Of a DNA stretch of 64,000 bases, positions 25,543 through 33,384 are shown piece by piece (the first letter of the stretch is position 1; each line of letters opens with the position of its first letter). The notes below the pieces were generated by a model that saw only the letters and a program-made list of their open reading frames with translations, was not told where the DNA came from and ran no database searches. The position numbers and the translations under genes are program-made. Source of the DNA: an uncultured Verrucomicrobiae bacterium (GTDB lineage Bacteria > Verrucomicrobiota > Verrucomicrobiia > Limisphaerales > UBA11358); contig CAWHLR010000028.1 in NCBI GenBank assembly GCA_963830235.1, forward strand, positions 3,454 through 67,453. Direction: 5' to 3'.

Positions 25543-28027
25543 GGATGCCGCTGATGATCGAGCCCAGTTTCTGCCGGGCGCCGGAGACAACCAGGTCGCT
25601 GATGTTGATGCGTCGAATGACACCCACGGGCGGATGGTCCGGGCCGCGGGCGCGATTGCCCAGGCGGATGAAGATCGGCGAGTTGACGATGTCCCGCATG
25701 GAAATGTTATTGATGGTGACATCCTCAATGTCGCCGCCGTCCACGCTCTCAATGGCCAGTCCGCCGCAGTCATCGAAGTTGCAATTGGCAATGGCGATGT
25801 TCTTGAAGCCGCCGTTGGATTCCGTGCCAAACTTGATGCGCCCGGTCCGCCCGGCGTAGCCGGCGGGAGCGCGTTGGAATGTGCCGTCGAGCATCGTTCC
25901 CTCAATATAACCGCCAGTCACGTAACAGTTGTTGATGGTGACGTTTTCCGTCGCGCGCAAACAGCCGAGGGCGTAGCTGCTCTTCAGACAAATGCCGTCA
26001 TCCCATGGCAAGTTCACGCTGCAATTGGAGATGCGCACGTTGTGGCAGCAATCAATGTCCATTCCGTCCCGGTTGGTATCCAGTTTGACATTGTCAATCG
26101 TCAGGTTGTCCACGCCGGTGGCGAGGATGGCAAAGTGTCCGCCGTGCAGGATGGAAATGTCGCGCAGGATGACGTTGTGGCAGTTCTTCAGGCTGATCGC
26201 CTTGTTGCCGACGGTCGGCGGCGGATCCTTGTAAATGCCGCTCGCCCAGCCCCGGCTCAGTCCTTTGCCGTGGATGAGTCCGGGTCCGATGATCGAGACA
26301 TTCTCGATATTCTCGCCCCAGATGAGACTGTTGTGCCAATGGCTGTGGCCGAAGTCCTGGTAGGCGGTCCAGGCGTTGGTTTCCGGCAGGTCGTAAGGCG
26401 CCAGTTTCTCGGAAACCGCTTCAATGGTTGAGCCGGCTTCGAGAAAAAGCGTCACGTTGCTCTTGAGACGAATCGAGGCGGACAAGTATGTGCCGGCCGG
26501 AAATCTTACCGTGCCGCCGCCGGCCGCGTTGGCAGAGATGATGGCCTGGTTGATTGCATCGGTGTCGAGAGTTTTGCCGTCACCGGCTGCTCCAAAATCT
26601 CTGACATTAAAAATGCCGTCCTTGTTTGCGGAGGCGGCTGGGTTCGACACCAGCAGACTCACGAGTTCGATGCCGGTTCCGTTGGTGCTCAGATTGCGGC
26701 TGTATTGTTTGCTGATGGCGTTGTTCCAGTGCTCGTGAACACCGAGGCTGGCGAGCCGCGTGCCGTCCGGTTGGTAAACTGTGCCGGAGGGCGGGTATCC
26801 GCACAGCGCGGCTTCGCGCAGGTAGGCGTCCATCGCAAAGCTATTGCCATTGTTCTTGGCATCCGTGGCCAGACGGCTGCCGAATTCAGAGCGCAAAAAA
26901 TCGTAGCCGACGGAATCAATGGCAACCGGGTCTTGCGACATAAACAGGCTCGCGCACCATTGTCCGTGGAACAGATTGGTCCAATGGGCGGAGTCGGCAT
27001 CCACGTTGTCATTTACGTCTTTGATGCCGTAGAGACCGTCAATCATGAACAAAACCGTTTTGCCGCCGAGATGCTTGCTGCCAATCAAGTCCACCAGAGG
27101 CGTGTAAGCCTTGTCCGGCCACCAATGCTGCCGATCTTCCTTGATCGAACCGTAATGATTCTTGGCCGTCAGAGATATTCCGAGGGAATGGTGTCCTTTC
27201 AGCAATGCCAGATTGATAAGATAGGTGGCGTCATAAACCAGTTGCGGAATGCTGGTGCCGGACACCGTCTTGGCGGAGTAAGTCAGTGAATTTGCGCGCC
27301 AGTTGACCGGCTGCCGGCCATTCTTGCCGTCGCCTGGCGAATCCATCCACAGCACGCCGGGAAATTCGGCATGGCAGGGAACATAAATCCGGTCCAGAAT
27401 CACGCGAATGGCTTCATACACAACGATCTTGTCCTGCGGCACGCCCGCCTGGCTGACCAGTTGACGCAGCAATGCCAGCACCGTCTGCTTCGAGGCATCA
27501 ATCTGTTGATCCACATCGCCGTAGCCATCGTAAGCATTGTTGCAGTTGATTTTCACCGCCACCAGTTCGTTGGTTTGATAACCGTTGGCACCGCGGCCAT
27601 GAATGCGGTTGAAATATCTGAAAAGCTTGTCCCACGACTCCGCGTCCGTGCTTGCGCCGGTGAGGCTGTGCAAACTGCGGGCGGTCATCTGGTCCACCAC
27701 CTTTTGGTCGGTCGCGGTGTCGTCCCACCAATGGCCGGTGACACCGTCCCACGGCGTCGCCGCCGGATCACGCGTCCACACCACGCGACCGGGAAAAATG
27801 CCCTTGCCCACGCCCATCGGCGTGTTGGGCAGATCGGCGGGAACCAACAGCACATTGTCGGGATTGCCGCCGGATGCCGGTGCAGCGATGCTGCCAGTGG
27901 TGCCGAAAGCCAAAGTCCAGCCGGCCAGAACCGGCAGCAGCCACCCGGCCCACGGGCATCTGCGATTCAGGCCGGCAATCCGGACGGTTTTTTTACCAAC
28001 GAGAAACAAACTTTTTTCAGCAGGCAT
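25304..28027 (-). CDS. DUF362-like domain fused to a glycoside hydrolase family 28 (polygalacturonase-type beta-helix) domain; main reading frame of a frameshifted gene
   Basis: ATG at 28027 (MPAEKSLFLVG...). DUF362-like region paralogous to 14751-17345 (GIFPGRVVWTRDPAATPW...ELVAVKINCNN...LALLKGHHSLG...AKNHYGSIK...YSRNLSTNGTGIELVSL). GH28 signature FNVRDFGAAGDGKTLDTDAINQAI...GGGTVRFPAGTYL and NRDGMDIDCCHNV. The frame degenerates after ...ISGIPGHP (~25540). Confidence 0.8.
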   Translation of the reverse strand: MPAEKSLFLVGKKTVRIAGLNRRCPWAGWLLPVLAGWTLAFGTTGSIAAPASGGNPDNVLLVPADLPNTPMGVGKGIFPGRVVWTRDPAATPWDGVTGHWWDDTATDQKVVDQMTARSLHSLTGASTDAESWDKLFRYFNRIHGRGANGYQTNELVAVKINCNNAYDGYGDVDQQIDASKQTVLALLRQLVSQAGVPQDKIVVYEAIRVILDRIYVPCHAEFPGVLWMDSPGDGKNGRQPVNWRANSLTYSAKTVSGTSIPQLVYDATYLINLALLKGHHSLGISLTAKNHYGSIKEDRQHWWPDKAYTPLVDLIGSKHLGGKTVLFMIDGLYGIKDVNDNVDADSAHWTNLFHGQWCASLFMSQDPVAIDSVGYDFLRSEFGSRLATDAKNNGNSFAMDAYLREAALCGYPPSGTVYQPDGTRLASLGVHEHWNNAISKQYSRNLSTNGTGIELVSLLVSNPAASANKDGIFNVRDFGAAGDGKTLDTDAINQAIISANAAGGGTVRFPAGTYLSASIRLKSNVTLFLEAGSTIEAVSEKLAPYDLPETNAWTAYQDFGHSHWHNSLIWGENIENVSIIGPGLIHGKGLSRGWASGIYKDPPPTVGNKAISLKNCHNVILRDISILHGGHFAILATGVDNLTIDNVKLDTNRDGMDIDCCHNVRISNCSVNLPWDDGICLKSSYALGCLRATENVTINNCYVTGGYIEGTMLDGTFQRAPAGYAGRTGRIKFGTESNGGFKNIAIANCNFDDCGGLAIESVDGGDIEDVTINNISMRDIVNSPIFIRLGNRARGPDHPPVGVIRRINISDLVVSGARQKLGSIISGIPGHPVRGRADQRHSFPPGRRRHCQGGRAPTPGKGSRLSGTRHVRHDAVLGFLYPAREGNGIQRCHAAHVEGGSASGICA

Positions 28028-28047
28028 ATTTGTCCTTCCATTTCCAA

Positions 28048-29148
28048 TCAACGCTGCAAGTCGCCGGGATTTTCGGGGACGCCCGGATCATCCAGCATCT
28101 GCACGGCGCTGGCGGGGCCGAGATCGGTCCAGTTTTTGAGCGCCCAGACGACTTTCTTGTCCGGCGTGACTTCAATCAACTGGCAGCGCTGGCCCGCATC
28201 GCCCCGGGAGCATAAGACGGTGTTGCCATTGGCCAGGCGGGCGCAGCTCTGCGAGCCACGGAAGTTGATGTTGGGCGGCAGGTCGGTTTTCAAGTTGAAC
28301 TCCCAGACCGTCTTGCCTTTGGGATTCACCTCGCGGGTCAACTCATCCCGTTCGTCGGTGATGAGCGTGTTGCCATTGTGCAGGCGGATGGCCGCCCAGG
28401 GACTGGGAATTTTATAGGACCAGATTGCTTTGAAGTTTTTGTCGTACTCGACCACTTTGCCCATTTGGAGACAAGGGGCGAGAAAGGTGCCATTGGCGGT
28501 CATGCGGAAGCGGCGGAACTGGCCGTGGACGCCCGCTCCGGCATCGGGAATGACGTGCTCCACCTCAACGGCACCGGTTTTTTTGTTGATCACCAACAGG
28601 CGGGGAGGAGTGCCGTTTTCCACGAGCATGACCTTGTCCAGGCCGATGGGTTGGACGGTGTGGATTTCAGTTCCCTTGGGCGCGTCCAGACGCCAGACGA
28701 TTTTCTTTTGCGGCGTCACCTCGGCGGCGTAGGCCATGCGGGAGAAAAGAATATTGCCGTTGGACAGCAGCCAGATGTCATCGTATTCCCAGCCTTTGCC
28801 GGTGGAAAAAGTCCAGATGACCCTGCCGTCGTTCACGAGAAACATTTTGTTGCAACCTTCGCCGATGTACAGCATCGGGTGCTGGGCGAGTCCCTGGCCG
28901 GGCAGATTTGTGTCCGGCGGCGACACCTTCCAATTGGGCGGGTCCACCGGGATTTCGTCGGGGCCGAACGCGGGCACATCGGCGGCGGTGAATTGCGACA
29001 GCATGTCCAGCGCCGGGGTGGCCGATGATTTCGCCGTTTCCGGTGAGGGGGTGGCACAGCCCGCGACCAACAGCCCGAGGCTTAACGCGGCAAGGGCTGA
29101 CCAAGTCAGATTGGGCAAACCTTTTGTGGCAGAAACGGGTGTTTTCAT
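28048..29148 (-). CDS. Beta-propeller lipoprotein, paralog of the C-terminal domain of the 14751-17345 product
   Basis: Lipobox LSLGLLVAGC. Long collinear similarity to the fused propeller (GRVIWTFSTGKGWE.. vs GRVAWSYVHPGKGE..; IEVTPDKKVVWALKNWTDLGPA vs IEVTPDKKVVWALRSWTPPADLGPA). ATGA start/stop overlap with the ricin-lectin gene. Confidence 0.8.
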   Translation of the reverse strand: MKTPVSATKGLPNLTWSALAALSLGLLVAGCATPSPETAKSSATPALDMLSQFTAADVPAFGPDEIPVDPPNWKVSPPDTNLPGQGLAQHPMLYIGEGCNKMFLVNDGRVIWTFSTGKGWEYDDIWLLSNGNILFSRMAYAAEVTPQKKIVWRLDAPKGTEIHTVQPIGLDKVMLVENGTPPRLLVINKKTGAVEVEHVIPDAGAGVHGQFRRFRMTANGTFLAPCLQMGKVVEYDKNFKAIWSYKIPSPWAAIRLHNGNTLITDERDELTREVNPKGKTVWEFNLKTDLPPNINFRGSQSCARLANGNTVLCSRGDAGQRCQLIEVTPDKKVVWALKNWTDLGPASAVQMLDDPGVPENPGDLQR

Positions 29149-29735
29149 TTTGATGTGTTGTCTGGCTTTGCGCCGGGGCTGGGAATGGCAGCGTTGTTTG
29201 GCACGGATGGTTTTTCAACGGCTTCAACGATTCTGAAAGTTTGATTGGCGGCGCCGGTTGCCGGATAGACGATGACAGGAATGTTGTTGCTGGTGGATTT
29301 CACGCCACCGGCCACGTCAAATCCGTAGCCCGTGCTGCGCGCAATGATCCGGTAGGAGCCGGGATCCTTCACGAGGGTGAAAAGCTGGTTATCCTGTCCG
29401 CTGGCCTCATTTTGCTGGACGGGCGCGTGGTCTTTCATCGAGTTGTCGCGAATCTCCAGAACCTTACCGCTGTGTTTGGCGGTGATGGTGAAAAAACCGC
29501 TTTTGGCCTGCTTGAACTGGAAGAGCTGGTTATCCGCGCCGGTCGCCTCGTTCTGCTGGAGCTGAAGCCCGTTCGCCTTTCCGTCCACGCCGCCCGCGAT
29601 TTCCAGCGCCTTGCCGCTGTGAACCGCGACGATGGAATACCAGGCGTCGGGTTTGAGATTGGCGGATTGCAACTGGGCAAAAACGGCGCCCGCCGTCAAC
29701 GTCAGCGACAAGATGATTAAGGATGGGATTTTCAT
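29145..29735 (-). CDS. Secreted ricin-type beta-trefoil lectin (CBM13-like)
   Basis: Signal peptide MKIPSLIILSLTLTAGAVFAQ. Three trefoil repeats ending in QxF/QxW-like motifs (NQLFQFKQ, NQLFTLVK, NQTFRIVE). Confidence 0.75.
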   Translation of the reverse strand: MKIPSLIILSLTLTAGAVFAQLQSANLKPDAWYSIVAVHSGKALEIAGGVDGKANGLQLQQNEATGADNQLFQFKQAKSGFFTITAKHSGKVLEIRDNSMKDHAPVQQNEASGQDNQLFTLVKDPGSYRIIARSTGYGFDVAGGVKSTSNNIPVIVYPATGAANQTFRIVEAVEKPSVPNNAAIPSPGAKPDNTSK

Positions 29736-29929
29736 TTTATGATTTTAAGGTTGAGGAGTTAGGGGTTGAGCTTCATTGCACGGTGCGCGCGATGCTTATT
29801 ACCGCCATGCGACCTGTCTGTATCCACATTGCCCGTTTTAAACCATCGGGTCTCGTCATATTCATTCTCGTTTTTTATGTTTCAGTATTTTGCCCGTTCA
29901 GCCCGGTTGGTTTTGAAAATCCAGCCGGC

Positions 29930-31519
29930 CTACGGCTTCGACGACACGCTCGCCCGCAACGGGGCATCCATCTGCAGCATGACCGAGTCGGCAAAGTGGC
30001 CGGGAAACAAACCCAACGTCGCAGCCGGCCCCGGAGGCGCAATTGCGCGAAGCTCCACGATCAAAAAATCCGCCTCAACCGGAACGTTCACGCGCGTTTC
30101 GATTTTTTCCCAGGTCTGGGGGTCGTTGTCAGTCACGCTCTGCTGGCTGGCCAGCGCCACCGCCATCTCTTTGCGGCGCGCCCAGAGCTTCCCGGCCTGG
30201 TCCGGTTGTCCCCGAAACGCCGCCAGCGTCACGCCAAAAGTGTCGCCCGCACTGGAATCGCAGCGAATCCGGTTGAACTCCGCCGACAGATGCATCATCA
30301 CCGACGCTTCGCTGCCAAAGGCGGCTTTATACGGTTTGAGGTCTATCAATTGCCACACCGCCGAATCTCCCGGCACACCTCCCTCGCGCGCGACCACGGA
30401 CGGACTCAGAAACCGCAACATCCGATTTTCGGCTTGCGGCCGGACGCCCAGCATCTGCTCCGTGACGGCACAGGCATCGCCGCTCCAAAAATAATAATCG
30501 CCCGGCATCCCTTCGAGCTTGAGCAATTCCGCAGACTCAAAACCGCAATTGGACGGCCAAATCCGCAACGCTTCCGCCGGCTGCGGAAATCTGGCCGGGT
30601 TTGCCGCCAGCGATGTCACCTTTCCGTCCGGCTCCACTGCCATGGCCATGTCATTGGTCAACTCCTGACGCCGGGCATCTTTTTTTCCGGAACCGATCCT
30701 CAACTCGACTCTGCCTACAAATACATCCGTCTCCATTTTTCCATCGGCCTGCACCCACGTTCCCAGCCTGGTGCCCAAGTCCACCGCCGTCGCCTTCGGC
30801 ATCCGCACGGCAAACCCCGCCGCCGGCTTCGGCACTTTGGCCGTCAACTTGCCTTCGTTCAGGACCACAGCGTTTTGGCCCGTCAATTTCAATCGCGCCG
30901 GCCCTTCAATCACCGCTTCAACCCCGGTATCAAATTCCAACTGCACCACTCCTGATTCCAGTACCAGCGAATTGGTTGCGAGCACCTGACCGGACTTTGG
31001 CTGAAACGAGTTTGCGGCCCAACGACAATCCAGAAGTTCTTTAACAACACATCGCGAAGCCATTTCCGCCCCCGTCTTGCTGCCGCCGAGCCGGCCGGAC
31101 CACCACAGCCCAACCAGTCCCAGAACCAGCAGCACCAGCCCGCCGGCCAAACCCCAACCCAACCACCCCCACCAGCCCGGTCCAGACTTCCGCGCCCCAA
31201 TACCAGTACCAGTCCGCCCCCGCTTCGCTCCCCTTCCCGCTTGGGCACCGGCATCCACGGAAGGGGTGCGAACCGTCTGCGCCAGCACCCTGGCTTCAAC
31301 CGCTTCGTTGCTCAAGCCATGAACGCTCGCCAAAATGGCCGCTTCCAACTGGGCCTTTCCGGGATCCAGCAACGCCTTCAGCGCCGCGTCCACTTGCTGC
31401 TGCACGCACAACTCCCGCAGGCTGTCCCGGTTGACCAGAATCTCCGCTTCCACCGCCGCGCTTTCTTCCGGAGACAAAACCCCGGCAAAATAATCGGCCA
31501 GTCGTTCTTCAGGAAGCAT
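29930..31519 (-). CDS. Anti-sigma factor: N-terminal zinc-less anti-sigma domain, TM helix, FecR domain, ~230-aa C-terminal sensor region
   Basis: MLPEERLADYFAGVLSPEESAAVEAEIL. TM segment WWGWLGWGLAGGLVLLVLGLVGLWW. FecR-like GVVQLEFDTGVEAVIEGPARLKL...GKLTAKVP..AAGFAVRMPKATAVDLGT. Overlaps the stop of the ECF sigma gene. Confidence 0.8.
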   Translation of the reverse strand: MLPEERLADYFAGVLSPEESAAVEAEILVNRDSLRELCVQQQVDAALKALLDPGKAQLEAAILASVHGLSNEAVEARVLAQTVRTPSVDAGAQAGRGAKRGRTGTGIGARKSGPGWWGWLGWGLAGGLVLLVLGLVGLWWSGRLGGSKTGAEMASRCVVKELLDCRWAANSFQPKSGQVLATNSLVLESGVVQLEFDTGVEAVIEGPARLKLTGQNAVVLNEGKLTAKVPKPAAGFAVRMPKATAVDLGTRLGTWVQADGKMETDVFVGRVELRIGSGKKDARRQELTNDMAMAVEPDGKVTSLAANPARFPQPAEALRIWPSNCGFESAELLKLEGMPGDYYFWSGDACAVTEQMLGVRPQAENRMLRFLSPSVVAREGGVPGDSAVWQLIDLKPYKAAFGSEASVMMHLSAEFNRIRCDSSAGDTFGVTLAAFRGQPDQAGKLWARRKEMAVALASQQSVTDNDPQTWEKIETRVNVPVEADFLIVELRAIAPPGPAATLGLFPGHFADSVMLQMDAPLRASVSSKP

Positions 31520-32096
31520 ACGACCCCCTTCCGAGTTTCGACTCAATGCAATCTCTCAACTGCCTTCTCACGCGAAACAGCGTCACCCGCACCCATTGCC
31601 GTGTCCGGCCCAGCTTTTGGGCTATCTCGGCGGCGGAGTCTCCCTTCTGATACGAGTCGTCCACCAACTGGCGCATCTCAGCCGGCAGTTTGGTCAAACA
31701 CTCCTCAAGCAACAGCGCCTCATCGGCCGGCGTTTCCGCTGTAGTTCCGCTGGACCACTCGGCATGCCGAACCTGTTCCAGCCGTGACAAATTCGCCTGC
31801 TCGCGGGCAAATCGTTGCAACTCGGCGCGCACCAGGTTCCATGCAATCGCCTGGAGCCAGGGCCGGAACGGTCTTTGCGAATCAAATTCACGGATCCGCC
31901 GGAAAGCCAGAACGAACGCCTCATGCGTGATCTCATCCGCCAGATGATGCACCGGCAGCCGCATTGCCACAAACGCCCGCAATCCCGGCAGATACCTCCG
32001 CACCAATGGCGCATACGCCTCCACCTCCCCCTGTTGAACCCGGTTCAACAAGCGGCCATCAGATTCCTCAAATAGAGCCGTTTCGTGCTCAACCAT
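31509..32096 (-). CDS. ECF (sigma-70 group 4) RNA polymerase sigma factor
   Basis: Region 2 (YAPLVRRYLPGLRAFVAMRL...DEITHEAFVLAFRRIREF...RPWLQAIAWNLVRAE) and region 4 HTH (SAAEIAQKLGRTRQWVRVTLFRVRRQL). Confidence 0.9.
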   Translation of the reverse strand: MVEHETALFEESDGRLLNRVQQGEVEAYAPLVRRYLPGLRAFVAMRLPVHHLADEITHEAFVLAFRRIREFDSQRPFRPWLQAIAWNLVRAELQRFAREQANLSRLEQVRHAEWSSGTTAETPADEALLLEECLTKLPAEMRQLVDDSYQKGDSAAEIAQKLGRTRQWVRVTLFRVRRQLRDCIESKLGRGSYAS

Positions 32097-32144
32097 TGCA
32101 ATTAGTTTAGCCGCAGCTCCCGAAAACGTTACAAAAACTCACGC

Positions 32145-33146
32145 TTACTTGGACTTCGTGCCGGCGGCTGCGGGCGCCGGACCGGTCTTGGTCGGCGTGA
32201 CGGTGTTGATCCTGCCGTTCGCGTCAAAGGTCAATTCGTCAATGCACACCGAACGGCGGAAGGAGTTTCCGTTCGAGAGTTCGCTCGTGTGATAAAGCAC
32301 ATACCATTTGCCCTTGAACTGCACGACGGAGCCGTGTTGGGTGACGCTCGCGGCGTGCTCCATCACCTTTCCGGCATAGGTGAACGGTCCCATCGGGTGA
32401 TCGCCGATGGCATAGACCTGCGTGGCCGTCGGCGCCCAGCCGTCGGAATACACGAAATAATATTTTCCAGCTCGTTTGAAAACAAAGGGCGCTTCGCCGT
32501 AGCCTTCGGGCAAAACGGGGTCCTTGCCCGGCGCGGCCAGCGGAACCGGCTTGCCTTGCGCATCGAGAAAAGAAACGGTGTGGAGATCGCCGTCCAGTTC
32601 GGTGAGGGAGGGACGGAGCTTCACCACCATCGGCTGACGGCAGCCAAAATACAGGTAGGTCTGGCCGTCGTCGTCCTGAAGCAGGGCGGGATCAATCGGC
32701 TCCGGACCCGCGTTTGTCAACGAGGCATTGTCAATCAGCGGCTTTCCAATGGCATCCTTGAACGGTCCTTCGGGTTTGTCGCCCACCGCCACGCCGATCT
32801 TCGTGCGATCCACCGGCAGGAAGAGATAATACTTGCCGTTCGCCTTGACACAATCCGGCGCCCACGCCCAATGGGTCGCCCAGGCGAAGTTCGTCGCAGC
32901 GAATATCGAGCCGTGATCCTTCCAAGTGACGAGGTCGGCGGTCGAGAGCAGCCGCCAATCCACCATGTCCCAGTAGGTGGCATCCGGCAGGTCGTGCGAA
33001 GTATAGACGTACAGCCGATCGCCAAAGACCCGGCCCGAGGGATCGGCGGTGAAGATGTTCGTGACCAGCGGATTCCCGCCGGCCACAGCGGACGAGACGA
33101 GCGAACTGCCCAGAAGCAGCCAGAGACAATATTTTAAAAGTTTCAT
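32145..33146 (-). CDS. Secreted glycoside hydrolase family 43 (arabinofuranosidase/xylosidase-type 5-bladed propeller)
   Basis: Signal peptide from the ATG at 33146 (MKLLKYCLWLLLGSSLVSSAVAG). NPLVTNIFTADPSGRVFGDRLYVYTSHD, WAPDCVKANGKYYLF, GEAPFVFKRAGKYYFVYS. Confidence 0.85.
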   Translation of the reverse strand: MKLLKYCLWLLLGSSLVSSAVAGGNPLVTNIFTADPSGRVFGDRLYVYTSHDLPDATYWDMVDWRLLSTADLVTWKDHGSIFAATNFAWATHWAWAPDCVKANGKYYLFLPVDRTKIGVAVGDKPEGPFKDAIGKPLIDNASLTNAGPEPIDPALLQDDDGQTYLYFGCRQPMVVKLRPSLTELDGDLHTVSFLDAQGKPVPLAAPGKDPVLPEGYGEAPFVFKRAGKYYFVYSDGWAPTATQVYAIGDHPMGPFTYAGKVMEHAASVTQHGSVVQFKGKWYVLYHTSELSNGNSFRRSVCIDELTFDANGRINTVTPTKTGPAPAAAGTKSK

Positions 33147-33384
33147 AAAGGTTAAATTGAGCGTAACCAAGCGAACGACTTGGGGCAAGCCAAGCCATTG
33201 GCTGAAACCATCCGGTGATTTTGTCGCCGTGTTGCCGGCAACCCGCACTGGCAGAACCGGGTGTTGAAATGGCGGGAATGGATTTCATTTCGCTCCCTTC
33301 GAAAACATCCGCGCCGCAAACTGAAATCCATGAGTCTGCAACCAATAAATTTGCGTCCATCTGACAGTTTGATAAAGTCACGCC

